DNA from: Candidatus Cloacimonadota bacterium
Lineage (GTDB): Bacteria > Cloacimonadota > Cloacimonadia > G963667145
Length of the DNA stretch: 64,000 nt
Direction: 5' to 3'
Assembly: GCA_963676615.1 (NCBI GenBank)
Contig: OY781092.1
Location: 256,001-320,000 of the forward strand
Part shown: positions 1-10,400 of the stretch, piece after piece
Layout: each line of letters starts with the position of its first letter
Position numbering within the stretch: the stretch's first letter is position 1
The notes under the pieces: generated by a model
Databases searched by the model: none
The model's input: the letters and a program-made list of their open reading frames with translations, nothing else
What the model was told of the DNA's origin: nothing
Translations under genes and position numbers: made by a program

Positions 1-453
1 TGCAGCACGATTCAGTTCGATTTTAATCTGCCGACGCGATTTAATATGGAGTATGTGGGCAAAGACAACTCGCTGCACCGTCCGTATATGATTCATCGCG
101 CGCTGCTTGGCTCTTTGGAGCGATTTTTTGCGACGCTTTTGGAGTATCACGGCGGAAATCTGCCGATGTGGCTTTCGCCAGAGCAGGTGCGGATTATTCC
201 GATTTCTGATCAATTTTTGGATTATGCGAAAAAGGTGGAGAACTTTTTGGTGGATGCTGGCTATCGAGTGCAGATAAGCGACGAAGATCAAGGCGTTGGC
301 TACAAAATTCGGCAGGCAGAAAATCAAAAAATTCCGTATATGATAATTTGCGGAGAGCAAGAGCAAAAAGCGGGCACAGCTTCGGTGCGAAAGCATACGC
401 AAGGGGATATTGGCTGCTTCGAGCTTGAGAAATTGAGTGAAATTTTGAGCTAG
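1..453 (+). CDS. thrS: Threonyl-tRNA synthetase, C-terminal part (5' end outside window)
   Basis: Frame open from base 1: CSTIQFDFNLP..., MIHRALLGSLERF motif 3, anticodon-binding domain KIRQAENQKIPY. Confidence 0.97.
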   Translation, partial: CSTIQFDFNLPTRFNMEYVGKDNSLHRPYMIHRALLGSLERFFATLLEYHGGNLPMWLSPEQVRIIPISDQFLDYAKKVENFLVDAGYRVQISDEDQGVGYKIRQAENQKIPYMIICGEQEQKAGTASVRKHTQGDIGCFELEKLSEILS

Positions 454-454
454 G

Positions 455-1768
455 ATGAGATTTAGGTTTTGTTTATTTTTTTTGGCTTTGATTTTTTTTG
501 GTAAGGTCGCAGCAGAAGAGGACATAAATAAACGGGAACTTTTGAAAATTGTTGACGATGTAAATTGGGAAAAGGCTAGTCCGCTAGAAACAGAGGAAGA
601 AGTGGTTTTTGTTCCTACTGATTCTGTGGAGCGAAAAGAGGTGCCACCGAATCAGAGTGTTCCGTTTTTGGATTTGGGGAGATACTCAAAGTCTAAGCGG
701 CGACCGAAAAAGCAAGAAGAGCAAAAAAAAGTTAGTGTGGCGGCTGTGAAAATTGTTCAGCCAGCTGGCTTTGATTTTGTAAATCCTGCAAATTTGGCAG
801 AAAGCGAGAAGCGAACTTTGGGGTTTCTTCGGACAGATCTTGTTTATAAAGATTATAAAGGTAATAGCGAAGATTATAACTTCAAAGCTTTTTTAAATTT
901 GCAACTTGTCGATTATTCGCAAGGTTCTTGGGGGATAAGCTCGCAAATTGTTTTTGATAATAATGTCAGGGATTTTAACAAAAAGTTGTTCGATTTTGTG
1001 TTTTTTAGGTCGTCGGAGCAAAAAAGTTTGGGCGATCCGAATTTTGGAATAGGTAGCTATGGCTATTCGTATAACAAGAGCAGTTTTGCCTATGCGTTTA
1101 GGTCGGACATTAACAGTTCTCTTCCCGTTAAATTTGGGGTGAAGCTTAATTTGTTGACTTCGATTTCGTGCTTTGAGGCGGCGAACCAAGACGAAACTTT
1201 GGGGACGAGCGAATATTACATCGCCGATATTTTTGAAGATTTTAAACCGAGCTTTGGAGTTGGTTTTGGTTTTGGAGCGCAAGTTTTGAATTTGCCTGGG
1301 TTGTGGCTTTTTGAGAATGGTCGGTTAGACTTTACGGTTGAAGATTTGAATAGCAAATTGGAGTATAAATCGGCGCAGAGAAACAAATTTTATTACAACA
1401 ATGAGCTGGAGAAAGTTTATGTTTTGGATGTTGATGACGACTCCAAAGACATCGAGTATGAGCTTGAGCCAAAGTATGGGAGTATGTTGTCGTATCGTGT
1501 GTCGCCTTTGGGGAAGATGAGCTCGGCGGTAAAGTTTGTGAAAGATGAAACTGCTTACGACGACGGTGTCAGCCTTGGTTTGGACTACCAGTTGCAAGAG
1601 AAAAAAAGCTGGACGGCCTGGGTTGGCAAAGGGCGCGACTATTTTGTCAGCGTCTCCTACTCTTTGCTCTCGAACAATCTTGTGCGGATACAAGGCGGTT
1701 GTTATTTTGACGAAACGAGATTTGCGGGCGGACAAGTCAGCTTGCAATTTTTTAGGTATTTTTATTAA
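455..1768 (+). CDS. Putative outer-membrane beta-barrel protein (DUF5723-like), paralog 1
   Basis: Signal peptide, charged low-complexity N-terminal linker, amphipathic strands, aromatic C-terminus; shares GFG(F/L)G, V(E/D)DL and AYDxGxSxGxDY motifs with 3889..5439 and 8596..9807. Confidence 0.6.
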   Translation: MRFRFCLFFLALIFFGKVAAEEDINKRELLKIVDDVNWEKASPLETEEEVVFVPTDSVERKEVPPNQSVPFLDLGRYSKSKRRPKKQEEQKKVSVAAVKIVQPAGFDFVNPANLAESEKRTLGFLRTDLVYKDYKGNSEDYNFKAFLNLQLVDYSQGSWGISSQIVFDNNVRDFNKKLFDFVFFRSSEQKSLGDPNFGIGSYGYSYNKSSFAYAFRSDINSSLPVKFGVKLNLLTSISCFEAANQDETLGTSEYYIADIFEDFKPSFGVGFGFGAQVLNLPGLWLFENGRLDFTVEDLNSKLEYKSAQRNKFYYNNELEKVYVLDVDDDSKDIEYELEPKYGSMLSYRVSPLGKMSSAVKFVKDETAYDDGVSLGLDYQLQEKKSWTAWVGKGRDYFVSVSYSLLSNNLVRIQGGCYFDETRFAGGQVSLQFFRYFY

Positions 1769-1868
1769 ATCGTGAAAAGTTTAAAGATTTGGTGATTAAA
1801 ACGATGAAAAAAAACTTTAAATTGACAGAAAAAAAAATAGACTCAACTCTAGCGGTGTGGAGATTTTT

Positions 1869-3896
1869 ATGAAAAAGTTGAGTTTTTTGGTTCTGTCTTT
1901 TTTTGTTTTAATCGCTTGTGAGGCGTATAAAATCCCGACGAATGTGGGGATGCCTTCTTGGGACACGCATCTTTATCTGAAGGTGCTCGATCGCAATTTT
2001 GATGTGGCGAAGGAGCTTTGCAAAAAAGACACGATTTTTAGTTCCGAAGATGGAAAAGTGAAGCTGAACAAAAGTTTTGCGCAAAAAGAGCTGGAATTTT
2101 CTGCGCCGAAAGTCGAACAAACCAGCAGCTCCATTGTGGAAATTGGGTTTGTCGCTTTGGGAGAGTTGGGTAGCCATTCGAACAGTTTTACTTCGGCCAA
2201 TCTTGATTCTGGCGATGTTTATATTTTGGATGAAATAAATTTGATTTTAGATACGGGAAATTTTACCAAGGCTGAGCTTGCCGATGTGAAGTTGAAGTTA
2301 ACTTGCAAAGACGCCTCTGGAGATACATTGACAGGCATCGATTTCAGCGAGGTTATTTTGAACGCTTTCGATTGGGAAGATAACCCTAAAAATGTTTCGT
2401 TTTCGCAAAGTGGCGAAATCAAGATTTCGTTATCAAATTCTGACGATTGGCTGACGATCAAAAGCACAGGTCTTTCTTTGAACGGAAGTTTAACTTCGGA
2501 CGCTGACACTAGTTTGGGTAGTTTGAGTTTTGAGATGTTGCCGAACACCCAGGAGCAAGTGCAGGCGTCGAAGGCGGTGCTGCCAGCCGGCAGTAGCAGC
2601 ATCAGGGACAAGACGCTCGAAGATACGGTAGCCGTCAGTCTTGGCGGAGATTATCTGATTTATCAGGCGCTGCTCGATTCGGGGAAAATTTCGTTCTCCA
2701 AAAAAATGGACATAGAGGGGCTGAGGATTTCGTCGTTGAATGTGCAATGTAGCGAGCTAAAAAAGGACGGCGCTACTTTGGACGAGACCTTGTTCGAAAA
2801 CCCTTCGGACTCGACTTTGGATTTGCAGGGATACACATTGGGTTCTGGCGCAGAGCTAGATAGTTTGCGATTTGTTTATTTGGTGAGTTACGACACTGTT
2901 TCGGGGAAAGCGATTGAAGTAGAAAACACGGATGAGATTACAGTGAATGTCGATTTTGCGGCGTCTTTTGTGTGGGCAAAGGCGAAGATTTTGAACGCGT
3001 CGGCTTTTGATTTGACGCCGTCTGATCAGGTCGAGGAGTTTGGTGACGACTTGCCTAAGTTCAAGGACGAAGATGGAAACGACAAAACTATCGAGCTGGC
3101 GAAAAATTCTGTGGTCGCTTTTAGCGGGGAATATCCTGTGGTTTGCGAGAGTGGCACCGATTCGATAATCCGCTATAATGTGGAGGTGAAGGCATATAAA
3201 GCAGGCGTTGTCGCCGATAGTTTGGACACTTCGGTGGTGATGTTCTCGGCTAGCGAAATTGGCAAAGCCAGCACGACGAGCATCGGGAATTTGGAAGATT
3301 TGATAAATTGCTTTCCTGATTCTATCTCGATTAAGACGACACCAGAGTTTTTGGTTTCCGATAAAATCTTGACGATTTATTGCGATAGGGGCGTGCAATT
3401 TGACGCAAAACTCACTAGCGACATTGCGTTCAATAGCTTTGACACGGTTGTCTATTATCAAATCGAGGACGATCCAGAGGAGCAGGATTGCCCGCTGACG
3501 GTAGCGCAGGCGGAGTCGGCGAAGTCGATAGAGGCGTTTGTGAAGTATAAAAATAGGACGAATGTGACGCTGGGAGCGGAGATGCTTTTGTGCCGAGACA
3601 CGACCTATCTAAAGGATAATTTGTATTCTGCAAAAACCAGTAACGATACGATAAGACGCTTAGATTTGAACCTTTTACAACCTTGTGCAGAGGGTGAATA
3701 TAAAGTTGAATCGCTCAAAATGACCAGCGACGATTTGCGACTTTTGGCTGGCAAAAAAGACGAAAAAAGTTACAGCTTTATCAAGATAAAGTTCAAAGGC
3801 GATGGACAAAGTTTGGGTGGAGACCTTGATATACAGGTGTTTGTGGAGGCTGATGTTCGCGTGGATGAAGATGTGATGGAAGGGCAAGATGATTAA
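1869..3896 (+). CDS. Large beta-rich lipoprotein, paralog A
   Basis: MKK + hydrophobic stretch + lipobox LIAC; ATG 1869 follows GGAG; similar to 6386..8593 at both ends. Confidence 0.65.
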   Translation: MKKLSFLVLSFFVLIACEAYKIPTNVGMPSWDTHLYLKVLDRNFDVAKELCKKDTIFSSEDGKVKLNKSFAQKELEFSAPKVEQTSSSIVEIGFVALGELGSHSNSFTSANLDSGDVYILDEINLILDTGNFTKAELADVKLKLTCKDASGDTLTGIDFSEVILNAFDWEDNPKNVSFSQSGEIKISLSNSDDWLTIKSTGLSLNGSLTSDADTSLGSLSFEMLPNTQEQVQASKAVLPAGSSSIRDKTLEDTVAVSLGGDYLIYQALLDSGKISFSKKMDIEGLRISSLNVQCSELKKDGATLDETLFENPSDSTLDLQGYTLGSGAELDSLRFVYLVSYDTVSGKAIEVENTDEITVNVDFAASFVWAKAKILNASAFDLTPSDQVEEFGDDLPKFKDEDGNDKTIELAKNSVVAFSGEYPVVCESGTDSIIRYNVEVKAYKAGVVADSLDTSVVMFSASEIGKASTTSIGNLEDLINCFPDSISIKTTPEFLVSDKILTIYCDRGVQFDAKLTSDIAFNSFDTVVYYQIEDDPEEQDCPLTVAQAESAKSIEAFVKYKNRTNVTLGAEMLLCRDTTYLKDNLYSAKTSNDTIRRLDLNLLQPCAEGEYKVESLKMTSDDLRLLAGKKDEKSYSFIKIKFKGDGQSLGGDLDIQVFVEADVRVDEDVMEGQDD

Positions 3897-5439
3897 AAAG
3901 TTTTTGCTCTTTTTGTGGCTTTTGCCGATTTTTTTGTTTGCCGCAGAGGACTTTCTTGCACCTCTTGAACTTTTGCCGCTTGACCCTTCGCAGAGCGCTG
4001 GAATTGTCGATAAGCCAAAATCGCCAGTCGAAGATTTTGAGCTCATGGATATTGATGAAACCATAAAACAGGAAAAGGCGGCGAAGCAGCCAGAGCAGCA
4101 GAAGCCGTTGGAGCCGAAAAAAGATGCTGCCGCTGAGCCGAAAAAAGAGCCTGTCGCTCCGAAGCCCGTGATCGAAAAGCAAGATGCCGAAGCCGATCTC
4201 GTGCCTCTTGATGAGCAAGAAATTTTTCAAAAGGTGGACGATTTTAGGGATGAGCCGCAAAAAGAAACGGCGAAAAAAAGGAGCAAGCCCGCTTACAATT
4301 TTTACGGTTCATTCTCGGAAAACCCCGCGACTTTAGCGCTGCGGGACGCATTTTTTCTTGAGATTCCGCTTGGATTAACCTTGACTTTCAAAAATTCTAA
4401 CCTTAGCTGGAACGATTTTGTGACGATGTTTGAGGAGGATCATTTCCTCACAGATGCGGAAAAGCAAAAGATTTACGGAAAAAGTTGGGATGTTTTTTTG
4501 GCGGTGGAAAAACCGATAATTGGCATTGGCTATAGTAATTTTGAGTTCGCATCGAAAGCAATTGTCAGCGCCGAGATCAAAGATTTGGGCACGCAATGGC
4601 TGAAGTTTCTTTTTGAGGGCAATGATAAAGATAAGATGGTTTTGGAGGGCAACTCTGGGCAAGGTTCGCAGGCACTTGCTTTTGTGAAAAACTCTTTCAC
4701 CTACGCCGTTCCGTCGCCGCTGACTTTTTTGGAGACAGATTTTTATTTTGGGCTGGATTTCAATATTTACAATTCGATTGGCTATGCGAAGGTGGAAAAA
4801 TCCCAGCAGACGATGGATATGGATGCAGGCAAGTCGGTTTTGGAATACGAATATTTGCGCTCGAAATTCGGCACGACAAAAGTGAACAGCACCACTGGTT
4901 TTGGTCTTGGTATGATGGTGGACAGGTTGCCAGACTTGCTTTTTTTGGATGAGGGACGAGCCTATGCGAGCGTTGACGATTTGTTTGCGAAAATCAGATT
5001 TTCCGACTTGGAAAAAGTGAGCTATCGTCGTAATATTACAGATGTTTACGACAAGGACGAGAAGGTAGACACTGTGATTGTTGACACGACTGTGGATGTG
5101 GCGGATTACACGGTGAAGTTGACGCCAGAATACAGCGTTGGTGCGAGTTACAGCCTTTTTAGCGAGTCGGCTTTTGGCTCGATGCGTTTGGTGAGCAAAT
5201 ATCGCAAGGCGCTGGTTGCCTACGACCAAGGTTTTAGCGTGGGCGTCGATTACAATCCGTTTGAATGTCTGCCGATTGGCGTGCGATATGGTCTGGACGG
5301 CGATTCGTATTTTGCGTTGTCCGTTGGGCTAGATTGGTATGTCGATTTGGCTGTTCGATATGTGAGCTACGGCACCAAAATTGGCGGAGGAGCCAAAGGC
5401 TTTACGCTTGGTTTGGATGTTTTGAGGTTTAAGTTTTGA
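3889..5439 (+). CDS. Putative outer-membrane beta-barrel protein (DUF5723-like), paralog 2
   Basis: Signal peptide, E/K/P-rich linker, C-terminal RFKF beta-signal, shared paralog motifs. Confidence 0.6.
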   Translation: MIKKFLLFLWLLPIFLFAAEDFLAPLELLPLDPSQSAGIVDKPKSPVEDFELMDIDETIKQEKAAKQPEQQKPLEPKKDAAAEPKKEPVAPKPVIEKQDAEADLVPLDEQEIFQKVDDFRDEPQKETAKKRSKPAYNFYGSFSENPATLALRDAFFLEIPLGLTLTFKNSNLSWNDFVTMFEEDHFLTDAEKQKIYGKSWDVFLAVEKPIIGIGYSNFEFASKAIVSAEIKDLGTQWLKFLFEGNDKDKMVLEGNSGQGSQALAFVKNSFTYAVPSPLTFLETDFYFGLDFNIYNSIGYAKVEKSQQTMDMDAGKSVLEYEYLRSKFGTTKVNSTTGFGLGMMVDRLPDLLFLDEGRAYASVDDLFAKIRFSDLEKVSYRRNITDVYDKDEKVDTVIVDTTVDVADYTVKLTPEYSVGASYSLFSESAFGSMRLVSKYRKALVAYDQGFSVGVDYNPFECLPIGVRYGLDGDSYFALSVGLDWYVDLAVRYVSYGTKIGGGAKGFTLGLDVLRFKF

Positions 5440-6389
5440 AAAATTTCATCAAAAACGAGTTGAAAAAAGAGGCCGATTCGATTTTGCAATTGGCGGCAAG
5501 AATTGACGATTCTGTCGAAAAAGTTGTCGAGCTTCTTTTTGATTGCAAGGGAAAAGTGGTGGTAGTGGGCATCGGCAAAACCGGGCACATTGGTCGAAAA
5601 ATCTCGGCGACGCTGGCTTCCACGGGAACTTCGTCGGTTTTTTTGCACGCAACCGAAGGTTTGCACGGCGATTTGGGAATTGTGGATGAAAAAGATGTGG
5701 TGCTCGCCATCTCCTACAGCGGCGGCAGTCAGGAGCTTTTGGCGGTGCTGCCGTATTTTAAATTTGCGGGTGTGTCGATTGTGGCTTTTACGGGCAAGAC
5801 GGACTCTCCGCTGGCGAAGGCTGCCGATTTTGTGTTGGACTGCAGGGTTGAGCAGCACACGGAGCAGTTCGGTTTGGTGCCGACAGCCAGCACGACGGTC
5901 ATTTTGGCTTTGGGCGATGCGATTGCTGTGGCGCTTTTGAAAAAGCGGAATTTTTCGGTGGAAGATTTTGCCAAGTTTCATCCTGGCGGCACGATTGGTC
6001 GCAAGATTTTTTTGAAGGTCGAGGATGTGATGTGCAAGCAACCGCCGGTGGTCGATTTGGGTGCGTCGCTGCAGGAGACGATTTTGGCGATGACTTCGGG
6101 CAAGCTGGGATGCGTGGCTGTGCTGGATGGTGCGAAAAATTTGGTTGGTTTTTTCACCGACGGAGATTTGCGCAGGCATCTGCAAAATGGCGATTTGTCC
6201 GATTATGCAAAGAGAAAAATTGCGGATTTGATGACGCAAGAGTTTAAAAAATGTAGCGCCACAAGCCTAGCTGTTGCAGCGCTTAAGTTGATGGAAGACA
6301 ATAAGATAATGATGTTGCCTGTCGTGGAAGATAATAAACTCAAAGGGATTTTGCATATGCACGCCCTTTTGGAAGCGGGAGTAGTATGA
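5436..6389 (+). CDS. kdsD: Arabinose-5-phosphate isomerase (KpsF/GutQ family, SIS + 2 CBS)
   Basis: GIGKTGHIGRKISATLASTGT, HGDLG, PTASTT, FHPGG, C-terminal CBS pair. Confidence 0.93.
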   Translation: MKNFIKNELKKEADSILQLAARIDDSVEKVVELLFDCKGKVVVVGIGKTGHIGRKISATLASTGTSSVFLHATEGLHGDLGIVDEKDVVLAISYSGGSQELLAVLPYFKFAGVSIVAFTGKTDSPLAKAADFVLDCRVEQHTEQFGLVPTASTTVILALGDAIAVALLKKRNFSVEDFAKFHPGGTIGRKIFLKVEDVMCKQPPVVDLGASLQETILAMTSGKLGCVAVLDGAKNLVGFFTDGDLRRHLQNGDLSDYAKRKIADLMTQEFKKCSATSLAVAALKLMEDNKIMMLPVVEDNKLKGILHMHALLEAGVV

Positions 6390-8593
6390 AAAAAGTAAAA
6401 GTTTTTTTGTTGGTGTTGATAGTTTTTTTGGGTGCGTGTGATGTGAATTTAGGAGAGATTGGCATACCTAAAAATGAAGCCACATATCGAATCAAAATTT
6501 TGGAAGAAAAATACGATATTGGCAAAGAGCTAGTGAAATATTCTAGGGGCGTGAATGTTGACCAGTCCACAGGCGAGCTGTGTATAGACACAACTATCAG
6601 TTATAACGAAGGCAGCAAGATTTCTTTTAGCAAGCTCAGTTATGACGCTTTGACTGTGCAGAGGCAGGCGCCATTCTACCTTAGCGGCATTGCCAATAAA
6701 GATTTTCTTTTTCGTATTAAGGAGATTAACGCTACAAATTTTCGCGACCTTGACAAAGGAGCCGCGCCAGTTTCATTTAGCAGTTTTTATCTCAATAATG
6801 TAGAAAAAAGCACCTTGGATCCTTACAATCCATACACAATATTTGGAGAAATCAACATCCGTTCTGCAATTTTAAAAGCTGTTGTAACCAACAATTTGGG
6901 ATTTGAAATAGATTCGGTAAAGATTGAACTTTGCGATATTGAAGGAAATATGATAAAAACTTTTGATGTTGGAGCGGTCGCCAAAGGTGGTGTGGGAACA
7001 AAACTTTTGAGCGTTGTCTCTTCTGAAAAAATAGTTTATCCGCAAAATATTTTGATAAAAGTCGAAGGATTTGTGCCAGGAAAAAATAAAGTTGATTTGA
7101 ACAAAAATAATTTTCTCTCGGTGGAGATAAGTTTTGAGACAATTCCGTCAACGACCTATCAAATTATAGCAAAAGATTATGTGGGAATGCAAAAAGCCGA
7201 TACCGTTTACACTGGTTGGATGGATAAAAAAGTGATTGTTGATCGAAACGGCAACAGGAGTGCAGATTTTGACATTTACAACGCGACAACTACTTTTAAT
7301 GTGGAGAACAAATTGGTCGCAAATTTTGAGACTTTTTCCGAGGATTTGGTGGAAGTAGAACTGGCTCTACCAGATATCCATAGCAGTAAATATGTGCTCG
7401 ATACTTTGCGCAAAGTGTTTTCTATTAACGGAATTTCTGCACAAGAAACTAGCCGCCAAGACAGTCGCAGCCTCTCTTTAGTTCAAAAATATCTTGGCGA
7501 AAGTTATTCTCCTGGAGCAGATTTGGTCGATACTATCAGGGTCGATGTGATGGTGGTGTTCCCAGATTCGCGAGGATTTGTGCGTGCCTCTTCTCAAAAA
7601 GTTTTGATAGATTTAAGCCTAGAAGAGTTGGAGTTGGATGAGATCGAGTGCAAGGTGAACGAGGATGTTATTTACGGAGAAAAAAGCGGTGAAATTCCTG
7701 TAGATTTAGATCGGTTTAAAATTACTGATCAAGCTGGAAATGAGCTAGCAAAATTGAAAATGCTTGGCAGTCCTTCTGTCTCTTTTGAGATGGCTCCAGT
7801 TGTCAGATCCATCAAAAATCCGGTTCCTAATATGATCAGTTTTGAAGTGGAGATGAACAGTAGCAGAGGCTCTAACACCAGAGCTTTCTCAGACAATTTG
7901 CTTTTGGGCGTGACTCGCTCGCTCCTATATCCATACAAAAGCAATCTACCAAATCAAGCACAATTTTTAAATTTAATTGAGATTTTGCCCGAAAAAATAG
8001 AGTATTCAATCAATCCTACGATAAAAGCTTCAGACAGCGTGATTGTTGTGGAAGCGAACAAGGATATGGATGTGAAATTGCATATTTCTAGCCCAATTTC
8101 TTTTGATACAGAAGGAGAAGCTGTCATTTTCGAGCTTCGGGACGATTATGGTAGCGGGCTTGAGGGAATGCGCAGAGAGTTTCATTCGGCGCAGATAAAA
8201 GAGAATATTTATGATAACTATATCGATGGCGACTTTATTCTAAACTACAAAAATACCTCTAATATGTTTTTGGGAGCAAAAATAATAATTAGCACGGACA
8301 AAAGCGTGCTGTATGACGAAAATATTTTGACCAACGCCACAATCGAAACAGTGGGCAAAGACGGCTATCCAAACTATATCGCCAGAATTATAGATATGGG
8401 CAACCTCTTGCCAAACACGACCTCTGGTGTGGCTATGGCGAATTTGCCGCAATCTTCTTTGGATCCTTTTTTGATGGACAGTTGCTTTGTCGGGGTCAAA
8501 ATTCCAATTCGCAGCTCTTCGGCTAGCTTTGTGGGCGATTTAGATTTGACGGGAAAAATCGAGTTTAAATACAATAATTTGGGAGATCTTTAA
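6386..8593 (+). CDS. Large beta-rich lipoprotein, paralog B
   Basis: Lipobox LGAC; KILEEKYDIGKEL vs KVLDRNFDVAKEL and YKNTSNMFLGA vs YKNRTNVTLGA in paralog A. Confidence 0.65.
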   Translation: MKKVKVFLLVLIVFLGACDVNLGEIGIPKNEATYRIKILEEKYDIGKELVKYSRGVNVDQSTGELCIDTTISYNEGSKISFSKLSYDALTVQRQAPFYLSGIANKDFLFRIKEINATNFRDLDKGAAPVSFSSFYLNNVEKSTLDPYNPYTIFGEINIRSAILKAVVTNNLGFEIDSVKIELCDIEGNMIKTFDVGAVAKGGVGTKLLSVVSSEKIVYPQNILIKVEGFVPGKNKVDLNKNNFLSVEISFETIPSTTYQIIAKDYVGMQKADTVYTGWMDKKVIVDRNGNRSADFDIYNATTTFNVENKLVANFETFSEDLVEVELALPDIHSSKYVLDTLRKVFSINGISAQETSRQDSRSLSLVQKYLGESYSPGADLVDTIRVDVMVVFPDSRGFVRASSQKVLIDLSLEELELDEIECKVNEDVIYGEKSGEIPVDLDRFKITDQAGNELAKLKMLGSPSVSFEMAPVVRSIKNPVPNMISFEVEMNSSRGSNTRAFSDNLLLGVTRSLLYPYKSNLPNQAQFLNLIEILPEKIEYSINPTIKASDSVIVVEANKDMDVKLHISSPISFDTEGEAVIFELRDDYGSGLEGMRREFHSAQIKENIYDNYIDGDFILNYKNTSNMFLGAKIIISTDKSVLYDENILTNATIETVGKDGYPNYIARIIDMGNLLPNTTSGVAMANLPQSSLDPFLMDSCFVGVKIPIRSSSASFVGDLDLTGKIEFKYNNLGDL

Positions 8594-8595
8594 AA

Positions 8596-9807
8596 GTGAA
8601 ATTTAAGAAAAAAATAGTAACGCTTTTGCTGCTGGTTGTCGCAAAAAGCGGATTTGCCACTCTCTTGTTTTTTCCTGAAAATCAGGCAATTTATTCGACC
8701 AGAGAGTACTCTCAAGTCCGTTTGCCAGGTTCTGCTTTTCAGGTCGGAGTCTCCAACGATGCCTTTGATTTTAAAGGCTTTGAGCGTGTCTTAAAAATGT
8801 GCAAAAAAAATTACACGCTGACTCAGGACGACAAAGATTTTTTGACGGCAAACGACCTCACCTTCAAGACTTACAACTCGCTAACAGCGCTCAATTTTGG
8901 CTCTTGGAACTGGAACTTCCGCTCCGAATTTATCGCTTTTGGCGACCTGATGAATCTAAGCTCAAATTTTCTCACTTTCATTTTTGAAGGAAATATGGAC
9001 GCAGCAGCTATGGAAGAGCTCAAAAATCAAAATCCAGGTAATGGCTCGGAAACGATGGTTTTTATGAAAAGCAGTTTTGTTTATTCCAAAAAAGAGCCGT
9101 TTTATATCGACAATCTTTTCGATTTCAATTATCTGAATTTTGTCATTGTGCCGGGCTTTAATGTAAATGTTTATTCTCCAATAAAATACGCAAGAGTCGA
9201 AACCGACTATTTTACGGTGACGGACTCTAGCGCAAATATCCAGTTCACCAGATACAACTCTGAATCAGACGAGTTTTTTTCGGGATTTGGACTAGGACTC
9301 GGCATGGGAATGAAGGTGGAGATCGAAAACGGCTGGCTGTATTTGTCGGTGGACGACCTGTTGGCTTCGATGAACTATCAAAAAATCAAAAAAGAGCGGG
9401 TCGTGATAGATATGAATTTGCCGGGAAATGTTAATTTTGAGGACGACGGCAATAAACAAACCTATGACGAGAATTTTTATGACTATACGGTAAATCTAGA
9501 CCCGACGGTTGTTATGGGTGTGGAACGCTACTTGACGAACGATTTCAGCGTGATGGTGAAGCTTAAAAATTGCGATTACGCCCTTGACGATGGAGTCTCT
9601 GGGGGCTTCAATTATATGCCCAATCCGCATTGGCCGATGCAGGTCACTCTGGGCAATGGTCACGACGGCAAAATGTTTTACAAGCTAAAAACTGGTTTGA
9701 TTTTCAGCTATTTTGAATCCGACATCGCCTTTTTCTTTGCCGACGGAATTTTCACCTCTGCCAAAGGGTATGGAATCGAGGCAGATTTGTTCAAGATTAA
9801 ATTTTAG
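8596..9807 (+). CDS. Putative outer-membrane beta-barrel protein (DUF5723-like), paralog 3
   Basis: Signal peptide, GFGLGLG, YLSVDDLLA, C-terminal AKGYG...FKIKF matching paralog 2 (AKGFT...RFKF). Confidence 0.6.
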   Translation: MKFKKKIVTLLLLVVAKSGFATLLFFPENQAIYSTREYSQVRLPGSAFQVGVSNDAFDFKGFERVLKMCKKNYTLTQDDKDFLTANDLTFKTYNSLTALNFGSWNWNFRSEFIAFGDLMNLSSNFLTFIFEGNMDAAAMEELKNQNPGNGSETMVFMKSSFVYSKKEPFYIDNLFDFNYLNFVIVPGFNVNVYSPIKYARVETDYFTVTDSSANIQFTRYNSESDEFFSGFGLGLGMGMKVEIENGWLYLSVDDLLASMNYQKIKKERVVIDMNLPGNVNFEDDGNKQTYDENFYDYTVNLDPTVVMGVERYLTNDFSVMVKLKNCDYALDDGVSGGFNYMPNPHWPMQVTLGNGHDGKMFYKLKTGLIFSYFESDIAFFFADGIFTSAKGYGIEADLFKIKF

Positions 9808-9815
9808 TGCGTGCT

Positions 9816-10400
9816 ATGACAAATATTCTTAACTCTTATCAAGAAAGTTTACGATTTTTGCAAGATTTTGTGGGAGATGAGCGAAATATCGCCAAAACGA
9901 AAGTTGTTGCCGAAAAGTTGGCGCAGGTTTTGCGATCTGGGGGCAAGGCTCTCTCTTGCGGAAACGGCGGTAGTATGTGCGATGCGATGCACTTTGCCGA
10001 GGAGTTCACCGGCAGGTTTTGCAAAGATCGTCCAGCTTTGCCAGCTATCGCTTTGAGCGACCCGTCGTTTTTGACTTGCGTAGGTAACGATTACGGTTTC
10101 GAGCAGGTTTTTGCGCGCGGAGTTGCCGCTTATGGCAAAAAAGGCGATTTTTTGGTGGCGATTTCTACTAGCGGAAATTCGGCGAATGTATTGGCGGCTG
10201 TGCGCGAGGCGAAAAAGCGTGGCCTTTATTGTGTTGGATTTTTGGGCAAAGACGGAGGAGAACTTTTGCAGGAGTGCGACGAGTTTTTTTTGGTTCCCGC
10301 CAAAACTTCCGACAGAGCGCAAGAGGTGCATACGATAATTTTGCACATCATTATTCAAGAGGTCGAGCGGATTTTGTATCCAGAAAATTATGCCGAATAG
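9816..10400 (+). CDS. gmhA: Phosphoheptose (sedoheptulose-7-phosphate) isomerase
   Basis: CGNGGSMCDAMHFAEEF, GNDYGF, ISTSGNSAN, QEVH. Confidence 0.95.
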   Translation: MTNILNSYQESLRFLQDFVGDERNIAKTKVVAEKLAQVLRSGGKALSCGNGGSMCDAMHFAEEFTGRFCKDRPALPAIALSDPSFLTCVGNDYGFEQVFARGVAAYGKKGDFLVAISTSGNSANVLAAVREAKKRGLYCVGFLGKDGGELLQECDEFFLVPAKTSDRAQEVHTIILHIIIQEVERILYPENYAE

